Assembly: GCA_009377745.1 (NCBI GenBank)
Contig: WHTK01000003.1
Location: 2,568 to 66,567 of the forward strand
From: Dehalococcoidia bacterium
GTDB taxonomy: Bacteria > Chloroflexota > Dehalococcoidia > DSTF01 > WHTK01
DNA: 64,000 nt
Reading direction: 5' to 3'
Shown: piece by piece, positions 1 through 9,527 of the stretch
How the letters are laid out: every line of letters starts with the position of its first letter
Position numbering within the stretch: position 1 is the first letter of the stretch
Notes under the pieces: generated by a model
Database searches by the model: none
Told to the model about the DNA's origin: nothing
What the model saw: the letters and a program-made list of their open reading frames with translations, nothing else
Made by a program: the position numbers and the translations under genes

Positions 1-173
1 CCGGCGATGGAGGCCTCGCGGAGTAGGCCGAACCTTTTACGGCCCGTCCTCCGCGTATCACTTTGAGGCCAAGCCTTGCAGTTTCATCACATTCGGCATT
101 GCTCAGGTAAGGCTTGAATTCGAGATGGAGCCGCGGCGGATTACAGGCGCATCTACGGCGGTTAAGGTTCGGC

Positions 174-203
174 TTGTCATTCCTCTAGAGGCGGGCGCAT
201 AAT
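174..203 (+). promoter_or_regulatory. candidate sigma70-type promoter upstream of the CIS operon
   Basis: TTGTCA-18 nt-CATAAT inside a 390-bp non-coding, lower-GC stretch before the first CIS gene. No credible + strand ORF in 1-394. Confidence 0.2.
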
Positions 204-394
204 CGCAGCGCTCATGGACTGAGCCAACATACCCGCGCCCTGCGAAGCATGGATCGCTTTTGGGCGTGGTTCAGGAGCTGAGTGTCGATGCGTTGCTCGC
301 GCCAGTCCGCAGCCGGATATTTGACTCGCCCCACGATGACGAGATCAGTGCAGCCGCGCCGCTTTAAGTCTTTCGTAAGCGAGGTTGGGCTCTC

Positions 395-1111
395 GTGACC
401 GCCGCGAGAGAGCCGGGCTCGGTCGACCCGGGCGTCAAGATTGAGGACGCCGACCAGCGCCTCGCGGACTGGGTAGGCTCTGTGCTTACGGACGTCGCGG
501 TCTCCTTCGACCCACCCCAGGCTGAGGCAGAGGGCAGGGGCGTGAGCCTCTATCTCTATGAAGTGCGGCCGGAGGCGCCGCTGCGCAGCCGCACTCCGCC
601 ACTGCAGGCCTCGCTGCGCTACCTGGTCACGGCCTGGGCGCCGACTCAGCCCGAGGCGCATACGCTGCTGGGTGAGCTGATCTTCGCCGCCCTGGACCAC
701 CACGAGATGGAGCTGGAGGCGGAGTCCTTTCCGGCTGAGGCCTGGGCGACGTTCGGGGTTGCGGTGCGGCCGTCGTTCGTGCTGCGGGTGCCGTTGCGCC
801 GCGAGCGTCAGGAGCAGCCGTCGAAGCTGGTGCGCCAGCGACTCGTGGTGCAGACGGCGGCGCTCGTGCCGTTGCGGGGCGTCGTCCTGGGGCCGGAAGA
901 CATTCCGCTGGCCGGGGCACGCATCGAGATCGCGTCGCTCAACCTTTCGACCGCCACGGATGGACGGGGGAGATTCGTCTTCCCGTCCGTGCCGGGTGGA
1001 GCCAATCCAACGACCTTGAGAGTTATCGCCAAGGGCAAGGAGCTGACGCTGGCCGCGCGTGCGGCCTCGGACGAGCCTCTTGTCATCCGGTTCGGACCGC
1101 TGGAGGACTGA
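395..1111 (+). CDS. CIS cap/terminator protein, Pvc16/Afp16-like (DUF4255-type N-domain) with C-terminal carboxypeptidase-regulatory-like beta-sandwich
   Basis: GTG start after a GAGGT RBS. The N-terminal part resembles the Pvc16_N family found in eCIS loci. The C-terminal RIEIASLN..DGRGRFVF motif is CarboxypepD_reg-like. First gene of a coupled tail operon. Confidence 0.55.
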   Translation: MTAAREPGSVDPGVKIEDADQRLADWVGSVLTDVAVSFDPPQAEAEGRGVSLYLYEVRPEAPLRSRTPPLQASLRYLVTAWAPTQPEAHTLLGELIFAALDHHEMELEAESFPAEAWATFGVAVRPSFVLRVPLRRERQEQPSKLVRQRLVVQTAALVPLRGVVLGPEDIPLAGARIEIASLNLSTATDGRGRFVFPSVPGGANPTTLRVIAKGKELTLAARAASDEPLVIRFGPLED

Positions 1112-1112
1112 C

Positions 1113-2348
1113 ATGGTAATGACCTTTAACGCGCCGGGAATCTACGTTATAGAGGAATCCGGCGGCGCACGGCCAATCCAGGCCGTGGGCACCAGCACGG
1201 CAGGCTTCGTCGGGGTGGCGCCGAAGGCGGACGCGCATCTGAACGAGGCGTTCGCCTGCAACAACTGGACGCAGTTCCGGCGCGAATTCATCGTTGATGC
1301 GACCGAGAGCACACCGCTATCGCATGCCGTCTGGGGGTTCTTCCTCAACGGCGGCCGGCGCTGCTTCATCGTCAACGTGGGCCCCAGCGGACTGGTCGAT
1401 GGCGGCGGGCGAGGCAGGACGGGGCTGCAGCTGCTGGCCGCGATCGACGAGATCGCGATCGTGGCGGCGCCGGGCTACACCGATGCCGCTTCCTACGAAG
1501 CGATCCTGGCGCACTGCGAGCTGCTGAAAGACAGGGTGGCAATCCTGGACCCGCCGCTCGAAGTGCCGGACATCCTGGCGCTGACCCGGGCGGGCACGGC
1601 GGCAACGCGCCGCAGCCGTAGCGCGGAGGAGGCTTCCGGCGAGTCGACGGAGGGGGTAGGCGGGCCGGGTCTGCGGCCGAGGCAATCGGACGGCGGCTAC
1701 GGGACGTTCTACTTCCCCTGGATCACGGTGCGAGACCCGCTCAACAACGAGCTGGTGGAGATCGCCCCCTCGGGCCACCTGGCCGGTGTCTGGGCGCGCA
1801 CGGATGCCACCCGCGGCGTCCACAAGGCGCCGGCCAACGAGGCGGTCCGTGGCGCGCTCAACCTCAGCTATCGCGTCACGCGGGAGGAGCAGGCCGAGCT
1901 CAACGTGGTCGGCGTCAACTGCATCCGTCTCTTCACCAGGGAGGGCATTCGAGTCTGGGGGGCGCGCACGCTGGCCGATGGCAGCAGCGAGTGGCGCTAC
2001 CTGAGCGTGCGACGCCTGTTCAACATGATCGAGGAGTCGATTGGCGACAGCACGAGCTGGATCGTCTTTGAGCCAAACGACCGGACGCTGTGGCGGAACA
2101 TCCGCCGCGACATCGGCGCATTCCTGACGCGTCTGTGGCGGGACGGGGCACTGATGGGCCGCACGGCGGACGAGGCCTTCTTTGTCAAGTGCGATGAGGA
2201 GACCAACCCAACCGAGGTTATCGATGCCGGCCAGGTGGTGACGCTGATCGGCGTCGCGCCGGTAAAGCCGGCCGAGTTCATCATCTTCCGGATAACGCAG
2301 ACCTCTGCCGGCACTGAGGTGGAGCAGACGGGAGCAGGAAATGGCTGA
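1113..2348 (+). CDS. contractile tail sheath protein
   Basis: Starts MVMTFNAPGIYVIEES and has the C-terminal VNCIRLFTREGIRVWGARTL sheath motif. GGAGG RBS; its stop overlaps the next start. Confidence 0.8.
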   Translation: MVMTFNAPGIYVIEESGGARPIQAVGTSTAGFVGVAPKADAHLNEAFACNNWTQFRREFIVDATESTPLSHAVWGFFLNGGRRCFIVNVGPSGLVDGGGRGRTGLQLLAAIDEIAIVAAPGYTDAASYEAILAHCELLKDRVAILDPPLEVPDILALTRAGTAATRRSRSAEEASGESTEGVGGPGLRPRQSDGGYGTFYFPWITVRDPLNNELVEIAPSGHLAGVWARTDATRGVHKAPANEAVRGALNLSYRVTREEQAELNVVGVNCIRLFTREGIRVWGARTLADGSSEWRYLSVRRLFNMIEESIGDSTSWIVFEPNDRTLWRNIRRDIGAFLTRLWRDGALMGRTADEAFFVKCDEETNPTEVIDAGQVVTLIGVAPVKPAEFIIFRITQTSAGTEVEQTGAGNG

Positions 2349-2820
2349 AGTTGCCGACACCACACCCAACCCGCCATCAGGCGCGCAGCCCGGCGTCTTC
2401 AACGACCCGTACCGGGAATATATGTTCAAGCTCGAGATCATGGGCGTGACCGAGGGCCACTTCATCGAGTGCAAGGGCTTCGAGGTCGCGGTGCATCCGA
2501 TCCGCTATCGCGAGGGCGGCGAGCATGAGGTCGTCCATGCCATACCGGGGCGAGTCGAGTACAGCGACGTGACGCTGCGCTATGGGCTTACCGAGTCGCG
2601 ACAGCTGTGGGATTGGTTCTCCGGGGCGGTGAAGGGCGCCGTCGAGCGCAAAAACGTCTCAATCGCGATGGTGCCAAGCAACGGCGCCGGCGAGGGTCCG
2701 CGCTGGAATCTCTACAACGCCTGGCCCAGCCGTTGGAAGGCCGCGCCCCTGGACGCAATGGCCAAAGAGGTCGCCATCGAGAGCGTGACTATCGTCTTTG
2801 AGCGAATGGACAGGGCCTAG
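2341..2820 (+). CDS. phage-tail tube protein (T4 gp19 / Afp1-like)
   Basis: 159 aa with FKLEI..GF.EV..H.IRYREGGE.. typical of the tail-tube family. 8-nt overlap with the sheath stop. Confidence 0.8.
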   Translation: MAEVADTTPNPPSGAQPGVFNDPYREYMFKLEIMGVTEGHFIECKGFEVAVHPIRYREGGEHEVVHAIPGRVEYSDVTLRYGLTESRQLWDWFSGAVKGAVERKNVSIAMVPSNGAGEGPRWNLYNAWPSRWKAAPLDAMAKEVAIESVTIVFERMDRA

Positions 2821-2827
2821 AGCCGAG

Positions 2828-3901
2828 ATGGCATCGCCTCTGCGTAAGCGGCTGCTGCTGGTGGTCGCCGGGTCCCTGGAGCGCCTCGCGGTGGTCGCGC
2901 GCCGGACCGCCGGCGACGCGCCATCCCCGCGCGTCCCTCGGCCACCTGAGGACGATGCGGATCTGGCTGTCCGCGGGCAAAGCGCCGGCCCGCGGGCCCA
3001 CTGGCTCGCCAAGGTGCGGCAGCACGCGCCCTGGCTGCTGGACGCCGACGAGCAGGTCGCGGAGATGCAGCCAACGGCTCCTCAGCGAGCAACGCCGCCG
3101 AGCGCCGCGCCTCCGGCGAACGCACGGCCGGTGGTATCGCCGCCGCCGGATGAGACTGTACGAGCGCCATGGACGCCTTATGCGCCTGTACAAGTACCCG
3201 TACCGGAACATGATGAGCAGCGACCAGCCGAACTCGCCGTGGACGCTATGCCCGAGGCAGCGGCCGGAGCGCGGGGTGAGTCGCCACTGCCGGCTCAGTC
3301 AGCAGAGGCTCCGCCGGCCCGTCCTGCCGCGACGCCGCTCCCGGGCGGGGAGACGCCGCGCCGGCTGCGCCTTTATCCCGCGACCCGGCCAGAAACTATC
3401 GAGACGCCTCGTCCGGCTGAGGCTGAGTCCGAGCCGGAGAGGGCGATGCCTGAGCGTGTGGTACCCACGGCGCTGTCCGACCCGGCTTCGGCTTCCGCAT
3501 CCCAGGGCCGGGCCGTTGACGGACGATTGACGCCGGATGAGCTTGCCGGTCAGGCGCCCGCGCCGCCGCGGTGGGAGATAGACCCGGCAGCGCTCCGGTG
3601 GCAAGTCTATGAGGCTGCAACGCCAGAGCAGGCGACTTTCGCCCGTGCGCCGCAGCTCCCACGCGACCAGGGCGCCGCGACTTCGCCTCAGGCCGCGCCG
3701 GAGCTGCGATTGCCCACTGACGCGTGGCCATCGCGGTCCCGCCGCCGCTCCTCCACTGACGCACCTGCTTTGGCCGTGGCGGAGGAGGACCCGTGGCCGG
3801 ATTTGTCCTTCGCGGACGAAGCCGAGGATGACGAACTAATCGACATAACCAGCGAGATGGCGCATCTTCGCGCCCTCGATATTGAGCAGCAGGGCCGCTG
3901 A
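2828..3901 (+). CDS. hypothetical Pro/Ala-rich low-complexity protein with acidic C-terminus (CIS operon member)
   Basis: ORF exactly fills the tube-to-next-gene gap. Its stop overlaps the next ATG (TGATG). No recognisable domain; lower GC3 in the middle part. Confidence 0.4.
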   Translation: MASPLRKRLLLVVAGSLERLAVVARRTAGDAPSPRVPRPPEDDADLAVRGQSAGPRAHWLAKVRQHAPWLLDADEQVAEMQPTAPQRATPPSAAPPANARPVVSPPPDETVRAPWTPYAPVQVPVPEHDEQRPAELAVDAMPEAAAGARGESPLPAQSAEAPPARPAATPLPGGETPRRLRLYPATRPETIETPRPAEAESEPERAMPERVVPTALSDPASASASQGRAVDGRLTPDELAGQAPAPPRWEIDPAALRWQVYEAATPEQATFARAPQLPRDQGAATSPQAAPELRLPTDAWPSRSRRRSSTDAPALAVAEEDPWPDLSFADEAEDDELIDITSEMAHLRALDIEQQGR

Positions 3902-4455
3902 TGGAGCGCGTAGTCTTTCTGGTCGAAGAGAGCGGCGAGCGCATAGCGTGTCTGCTCAACCCGGAGACGTTCGTCGTCCGGCGGCGGGCCGGCGTCCGAA
4001 CGCGACGCGGCGCCGTGGGGCAACTCAGCGGCTCGGCGATGGCGGATGACCCCCTGATTTACACCGGCGGCGGTAGCACCGAGCTTGAGCTGGACCTGCT
4101 GTTCGACGTGAGCCTGATGCCGGCCGGCGCCAGTGTCACGACCGAGGATGTGCGCGACCTGACGGGGCCGCTGACCGGCCTGGCCGAGAACCTGGTCGAT
4201 AACGATGGCTACTGCAAGCCGCCGCTGGTTCGCTTCATCTGGAGCCGCTTCTGGAACCTGGCCGGCGTCATCACCGCCGTCGCCGAGCGGCTTGAGGACT
4301 TTACGCCCGAAGGCGCTCCGCGGCGCTCCTGGGTGCGGCTGCGGCTGGTACGGGTCGCGGATGGGCCGCCGGAGCCGGTGCCGGTGCTGCAGCCGGCGTT
4401 CCCGGATGACATGCCGGCGGTGCTGGAGCCCGTGGAGCCGGAGGCGCTGGCATGA
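3901..4455 (+). CDS. tube-like protein (Afp5 / tube-initiator-like)
   Basis: 184 aa; LNPETF...ELELDLLFD resembles tube-family proteins. Lies between tube and LysM genes as in eCIS loci. ATGATG overlap with the next gene. Confidence 0.45.
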   Translation: MERVVFLVEESGERIACLLNPETFVVRRRAGVRTRRGAVGQLSGSAMADDPLIYTGGGSTELELDLLFDVSLMPAGASVTTEDVRDLTGPLTGLAENLVDNDGYCKPPLVRFIWSRFWNLAGVITAVAERLEDFTPEGAPRRSWVRLRLVRVADGPPEPVPVLQPAFPDDMPAVLEPVEPEALA

Positions 4456-4637
4456 TGCCGGGCCGCGGCTACGAGGTCAGCGGCCAGGAGCGCCTGGATG
4501 AGATCGCCTACCGCTTTTACGGCGACCCCGGCCTCTGGCGCCTGATCGCCCGGGCCAACAATATCGCCGACCCGCTCCGGCTGCAGCCCGGTCAGGTCAT
4601 CTGGATACCGGCGGCTCCCGGACGGAGACAGCCATGA
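4452..4637 (+). CDS. LysM-domain baseplate protein (P2 gpX / Afp7-like)
   Basis: 61 aa; YEVSGQERLDEIAYRFYGDPGLWRLIARANNIADPLRLQPGQVIWIP is a LysM fold. Confidence 0.7.
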   Translation: MMPGRGYEVSGQERLDEIAYRFYGDPGLWRLIARANNIADPLRLQPGQVIWIPAAPGRRQP

Positions 4638-6154
4638 CGGCCATCATCCCCGTCCCGCGAGTCGTCATTGAAGCGGAAGGGGCGGCGCTGAGCGACTTCC
4701 TCTCGCGGACGCTCTCGGCCCTGAGAGTGCAGCAGCGGCTATCGCAGCCGGCGCTCTGCGAGCTGACGTTTACGGAGCTGCGCGGGCCGCTGGATGTCGC
4801 CGCCGAGCTGAAGCCGGGGACGGCGCTGCGGGTGCTCGTCAACGGCCAGGACGCGCCGCTGTTCGATGGGCAGGTAACGGCGCTCGAGTACCTCTACAGC
4901 GCCGACAACGAGCGTCTGCTGCGCGTGCGCGCCTACGACCTGCTGCACCAGCTGCGCAAACGCCAGACCGTGCGCGCCCACGTCCAGGTCACGGTCAGCG
5001 ACCTGGCGTCGGAGTTGGTCGCCGACACGGGCCTCAGCGTGAAGGCCGAGGTAGACGGGCCGATGTGGCCGCACCTGGTGCAGCACCGCCAATCGGATTT
5101 CGAGCTGCTCGTGGCCGCCACCGAGCGGTGCGGTCTTTTTCTGACCGTGCGCGAGGACAGCCTGCATCTGATAACGCTGGAGGGCATCGGTGATGCCGTA
5201 TCGCTGATGCTGGGGCAGAACCTGATCGAGGCGCGGGTTGAGGTCAACGGCGACTCCGCCTGCCGCGAGGTCAATGCATCCAGTTGGGACCCGGCGCTGG
5301 TGAAGCCGCACACGGGTAGCGCCGGATCGCCGCGCGTCGGCCGCGATATAGGCATCGAGGTTGCGCCGGACAGCGTCGGCGGCAGCGGTTCGCGCGAGCT
5401 GGTGGACGAGTCGGCGCCGGACGACTCGCACGCCGAAGCGCTGGCGCAGGCGGAGCTCGACCTGCGCGTGGCGCGGGAGGTGACCTTCCACGGCCTGGCC
5501 AACGGCAACACGGGGCTGCGGGCGGGCACGCCGGTGGAGGTTGAGGGGCTGGCGGACGAGCTCAACGGGACGTACGTCCTGACGTCCGTGACGCACACGT
5601 TTGACAGCCGCAGCGGCTTCGTCTCCCAGCTTTCGACCGAGCCGCCAGCGCCGGCGCCGCGCCCCCACGCTGCCGTCGCGACGATCGGCATCGTCACGCG
5701 GGTCGACGACCCGGAGGAGCTGGGCCGCGTGTGTGTTGCGCTGCCGACCTACGGCGATGTGGAGACGCCCTGGCTGGGGGTCGTCTTGCCGGCTGCCGGC
5801 CCGAGCAAGGGGCTGATCGCGTTGCCGGATGTCGATGACCAGGTGGTCGTGCTGTCGCTGGACGGCGACCCCGGTCGCGGCTTCGTGCTCGGCGGCGTTT
5901 ACGGCTCCACCACGCCACCAGACACCGGCGTCGAGGGCAGCGCCGTCAAGCGCTACACTTTCACGACGCCGGGCGGCCAGCTCCTGCGGCTGGATGACGA
6001 GGGCAACCTGCTGCGGCTGGAGACCAGCTCCGGCAACTTCCTGGAGTTCACGCCGCGCGGCATGCGGCTGCATGCGGCCAGCGCCCTTACCATCGAGGCG
6101 CCGGGGCAGCGCATCCGTATCCGCGGCCAGGCTATCGATTTTGAAAGGGCTTAG
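4634..6154 (+). CDS. spike / baseplate hub protein (gpD + gp5 OB-fold; VgrG/Afp8-like)
   Basis: Contains GTPVEVEGL..LNGTYVLTSVTHTF (gpD/VgrG core) and IGIVTRVDDPEELGRV...DQVVVLSLDGDP (baseplate V/gp5 OB). ATGA overlap with the LysM gene. Confidence 0.8.
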   Translation: MTAIIPVPRVVIEAEGAALSDFLSRTLSALRVQQRLSQPALCELTFTELRGPLDVAAELKPGTALRVLVNGQDAPLFDGQVTALEYLYSADNERLLRVRAYDLLHQLRKRQTVRAHVQVTVSDLASELVADTGLSVKAEVDGPMWPHLVQHRQSDFELLVAATERCGLFLTVREDSLHLITLEGIGDAVSLMLGQNLIEARVEVNGDSACREVNASSWDPALVKPHTGSAGSPRVGRDIGIEVAPDSVGGSGSRELVDESAPDDSHAEALAQAELDLRVAREVTFHGLANGNTGLRAGTPVEVEGLADELNGTYVLTSVTHTFDSRSGFVSQLSTEPPAPAPRPHAAVATIGIVTRVDDPEELGRVCVALPTYGDVETPWLGVVLPAAGPSKGLIALPDVDDQVVVLSLDGDPGRGFVLGGVYGSTTPPDTGVEGSAVKRYTFTTPGGQLLRLDDEGNLLRLETSSGNFLEFTPRGMRLHAASALTIEAPGQRIRIRGQAIDFERA

Positions 6155-6496
6155 ATGCAGCTTCTGACCGAAGACGCCGTGCTTCGTTGTCCCCACGCCG
6201 CGCGCGTCGGCATTGTGCCGACGCAGACGCTGGTGCGGATCAACGGTCGCCAGGTACTGGTGAACGACGACCCGGAGAACCGGCCGATCACGATGTGCCC
6301 AAACTTCACGCTGAGCGGCATCAAACCCTGCAACAAGAGCCTGCGCGTCGAGCAGGGCTATTCGATGCTGCTGCGGATCGATGGGCGGGCGATCTGCCTG
6401 GATAGCGTCACCGGGCTAACGGACGGCACGCCGCCGGCCACGCACAAGTACATCGTCCTCGGCTCCGGCCAGGACCTGGTGGCCTCGGCGCTATGA
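6155..6496 (+). CDS. PAAR-like spike tip protein (DUF4280-type)
   Basis: 113 aa; CPHAARVGIVPTQTLVRINGRQVLV...RIDGRAICLD. Position directly after the spike gene. Confidence 0.55.
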   Translation: MQLLTEDAVLRCPHAARVGIVPTQTLVRINGRQVLVNDDPENRPITMCPNFTLSGIKPCNKSLRVEQGYSMLLRIDGRAICLDSVTGLTDGTPPATHKYIVLGSGQDLVASAL

Positions 6497-6924
6497 ACGA
6501 CCGCTCTTACACCGGTTTCCGCTTCCTGCATCCCGATATCGATGCGCCCGGCCGCGAGGCGGGCTTGCAGATCACTTCGGCCGGGCAGATGGCGCTGATC
6601 GGTGGCGACCCGGCGGTGCGCCAGGCGATCCTGCTACTGCTCTCGACCGTGCCCGGCGAGCGTGTCATGCGGCCCGAGTACGGTTGCGACCTGCACAAGC
6701 TGATCTTCGCCCGCAACGACGATACGACGGCCGGCCTCGCGATCCACTACGTGCGTCAGGCGATCCAGCGCTGGGAGCCCCGCGTCGATATCGTCCGGGT
6801 GGACGCCCGGCGGGACCCGGAAGGCGACGCCGGGCGGCTGAACGTCAGCGTGGCCTACCGAGTACGCGCCACCGGGCGCGCCGACGCGCTGCAGGTCTCA
6901 GTCGACCTCCAGAGGGGCTTCTGA
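6493..6924 (+). CDS. baseplate wedge protein gp25 / GPW family
   Basis: 143 aa; MRPEYGCDLHKLIFARNDDTTAGLAIHYVRQAIQRWEPRV matches the GPW/gp25 signature. ATGA and TGATG overlaps on both sides. Confidence 0.75.
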   Translation: MNDRSYTGFRFLHPDIDAPGREAGLQITSAGQMALIGGDPAVRQAILLLLSTVPGERVMRPEYGCDLHKLIFARNDDTTAGLAIHYVRQAIQRWEPRVDIVRVDARRDPEGDAGRLNVSVAYRVRATGRADALQVSVDLQRGF

Positions 6925-9527
6925 TGCCGCTGCAGTCGCCGAACCTGGACGACCGGAACTTTGCGCAACTGGTCGAGGAGGCAAAGGCGCGTATTCGTGC
7001 CACGGCGCCGGAGTGGACGGACATGTCGGCCAGCGACCCCGGCATTGTCCTGCTGGAGCTGTTCGCCTACCTGACGGAGTCGCTGATCTACCGGCTCAAC
7101 CGGCTGCCGGACAAGGCCTACACGGAGTTCCTCAACCTGATCGGCGTGCAGCTCTATCCGCCGGCCGCATCACGCGTGACGCTGGTGTTCAGCCGCGCCC
7201 GCGCCGGTGAGGCCGTCGAGATCCCGCGCGGCACCCGCGTCACCGTCAGCCGCGCCGCCTCCGGCGAGGAGCCGCCCGTCTTCTCCACCGTGCAGGCCGC
7301 GACCCTGCCGGCCGGCGATACGAGCATCGAGGTTACGGCGTACAACTGCGACCTCGTCATCGCCGAGCAGGCGGACCAAGGCAGCGGCCGCCCCGGGCAG
7401 CAGATCGCCGCCAAGCGGCCACCGCTGATCGCGCCGACGGGCGATGAGCTCGACCTGGTGCTGGGGGTCGAGGCGGAAGCCGGCGAGCTGGGAGAGCGCG
7501 TACCGGCCATCCGTCACGAGACCAAGACCTACCGCGTCTGGCGGGAGGTCAGCCGCTTCGCCAACCTGGGCGACGACCGCCACGCTTACGTTGTCGACCG
7601 TGTGACCGGTACGATCAGCTTCGGACCGTCGGCCCATCCGGAGCCGGAGGGCACGGATTCAGAAGCTCTACCGTCCTCGCCGCTGGCAGAGGTACCCCTG
7701 GCCGGACGCGAGATACGGCTCTGGTACCGGCGCGGCGGCGGCGCTTCCGGCAACGTGCCGGCAGGCGCGCTGACGACGCTGAAGGACCCGATCGCGGGGC
7801 TGGAGGTCACAAACCCAGAGCCGGCCGTGGGCGGCCGCGAAGCCGAGACGCTGGAGAACGCGCTGGTGCGCGGGCCGCAGAGCCTCTTCCGCCTGGAGCG
7901 CGCGGTTACGGGCCGTGATTACGAGATGCTGGCCCTGGCGGCCTCCCGCGCAGTGATGCGGGCGCGGGCGTTCACGACGTCGGTGATCTGGGCGCACGCC
8001 AATCCCGGCACCGTGGAGCTGCTGCTGGTGCCGCACCTGCCGGAGAACCAGCGACCCGGCGGCCGGGTTACGGCCGAAGCGCTGAAGGAGCAGGAAGTCG
8101 AAGAGGTGCGGGCGCAGATCGAAAGCCTGCTCGATGTCAGGCATCCGCTGGGCGCTACGCTGCGGGTAAACTGGGCACGCTACAAGACCGTCCGCGTCGG
8201 CGCCCGCATCGTGGTGCGGCGCGAGGAGGACATCGCGGCGCTGCGGCAGCGCGTCGTCGAGCGGCTGCAGCTGACGATCAACCCGCTGCCGACGCGCTTC
8301 AACGCTGCGGGCTGGTCCTTCGGACAGGCTCTGCGCGCCTCCAACGTCTACGAGATCGCCCTCTGGGAGCCGGGCGTGCGCTGGGTCGATAACGTGCGGC
8401 TGCTGGTCGAAAAGGTGCCGGACAGCGGCGTCGAATCGATCGCGGCGGACGCCTTTCAGGCCGACACCTGGTTCGCTGGCAGCGCCGAGACGCTGTTCCG
8501 GTCGCTGAACGATGGCGCCGGCTGGGAGCCCGCGGGCGAGTTCCCCGGCGAGAAGATCGAAGTGGTGCGCACCCACCCGGACCGGGCCGGCTTCATCGCC
8601 GCTGTTACACGGCTGCCGGATGATGGCGGCACCCAGCTGCACATCTCGCGAGACTGCGGCGAAACCTGGGAGGCATCGTCTCGCGGTCTGGCCGTGTATG
8701 ACGTGGCCTGGGCGCTGCGTGACGGCAACCCGATCCTGTATATCGCCGCTGACAACGGCCTTTATGAGCTATCGATGACGCCGGAGAGCTCGCCGGTCCA
8801 GGCCCTGGTGGATGAGTCAGACCAGACGCGGGGTTTCTATGCCGTGACCGCGTTCAACGACTCCGAGGGCGACCTCACGGTCGCGGTGGCATCGACGGAG
8901 ACGGGCGGCGTTTATTTGTCGAGCTCCGGCGGACGCGTGCCTTATCGCAACATCGGCCTCAGCGGGCAGGACATCCGGGTGTTGGCCGTCCAGCACGATA
9001 ACGTGCGGCGCCATCTCTGGGCCGGCGCCGCCGCGCCCGGTGGCGACGCTCCCGGCAGCGGCTGCTTTCACATCGAAGTGACGCGGGCGCGGGAGGTGAC
9101 CAGCCAATCGAGCTGGAACGCGCGCGGGCAGGGCTGGTCAGGCGGCAGCTGTCGCGCCATCGGCTTCGTGGGGAGGATGCTCTACGCGGCCTCCCACCAC
9201 GCCGGAGTATTGCGACTCGATTCCAGCAGCGCCACGCCGGCCTGGGAGCCACCGGAGGTGACCTGCGGCCTGCCGCTGCGTGACCGCGCTCAGTTCCTCT
9301 TCCAGCCCGTCGATACCGTGGCGGCGACCGGTGATTTGATCATGGCGGGCGGCCTGGAGGGAGTCTTTACCAGCCGCAATGGCGGCGCCACTTATGAGCG
9401 CGCCTCCAGTAAGGAGTACCGCGAAGCCGTGACGCTGCCGAATACCTGGCTGTTCTGCTCCGGTGAGCACGAGATCAACGTCGTCAGTGAAGACGAGGTG
9501 CGGCAGGATGAAGAGCGCGGAAATTGA
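6924..9527 (+). CDS. baseplate J-like protein (gp6/Afp11-like) fused to C-terminal BNR/Asp-box repeat domain
   Basis: ATG at 6924 (MPLQSPNLDDRNFAQLVEEA...LELFAYLTESLIYRLNRLPDKAY) is typical of baseplate J. The C-terminal half carries SLNDGAGW, SRDCGETW and SRNGGATY Asp-box motifs. Confidence 0.75.
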   Translation: MPLQSPNLDDRNFAQLVEEAKARIRATAPEWTDMSASDPGIVLLELFAYLTESLIYRLNRLPDKAYTEFLNLIGVQLYPPAASRVTLVFSRARAGEAVEIPRGTRVTVSRAASGEEPPVFSTVQAATLPAGDTSIEVTAYNCDLVIAEQADQGSGRPGQQIAAKRPPLIAPTGDELDLVLGVEAEAGELGERVPAIRHETKTYRVWREVSRFANLGDDRHAYVVDRVTGTISFGPSAHPEPEGTDSEALPSSPLAEVPLAGREIRLWYRRGGGASGNVPAGALTTLKDPIAGLEVTNPEPAVGGREAETLENALVRGPQSLFRLERAVTGRDYEMLALAASRAVMRARAFTTSVIWAHANPGTVELLLVPHLPENQRPGGRVTAEALKEQEVEEVRAQIESLLDVRHPLGATLRVNWARYKTVRVGARIVVRREEDIAALRQRVVERLQLTINPLPTRFNAAGWSFGQALRASNVYEIALWEPGVRWVDNVRLLVEKVPDSGVESIAADAFQADTWFAGSAETLFRSLNDGAGWEPAGEFPGEKIEVVRTHPDRAGFIAAVTRLPDDGGTQLHISRDCGETWEASSRGLAVYDVAWALRDGNPILYIAADNGLYELSMTPESSPVQALVDESDQTRGFYAVTAFNDSEGDLTVAVASTETGGVYLSSSGGRVPYRNIGLSGQDIRVLAVQHDNVRRHLWAGAAAPGGDAPGSGCFHIEVTRAREVTSQSSWNARGQGWSGGSCRAIGFVGRMLYAASHHAGVLRLDSSSATPAWEPPEVTCGLPLRDRAQFLFQPVDTVAATGDLIMAGGLEGVFTSRNGGATYERASSKEYREAVTLPNTWLFCSGEHEINVVSEDEVRQDEERGN

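Noticed and set aside
212-1114. 300-aa minus-strand ORF, Arg/Pro-rich
   Set aside because: Lies antisense to the cap gene and upstream non-coding DNA. Typical GC-rich antisense artifact with no RBS and no domain signal.
1317-2474. 385-aa minus-strand ORF antisense to the sheath gene
   Set aside because: Arg/Ala/Pro-rich low-complexity translation. The sense strand has a clear sheath protein.
4739-6196. 485-aa minus-strand ORF antisense to the spike gene
   Set aside because: Same reasoning: GC-rich antisense frame; the sense strand encodes a well-supported gpD/gp5 protein.
7668-8642. 324-aa minus-strand ORF antisense to baseplate J
   Set aside because: Antisense artifact.
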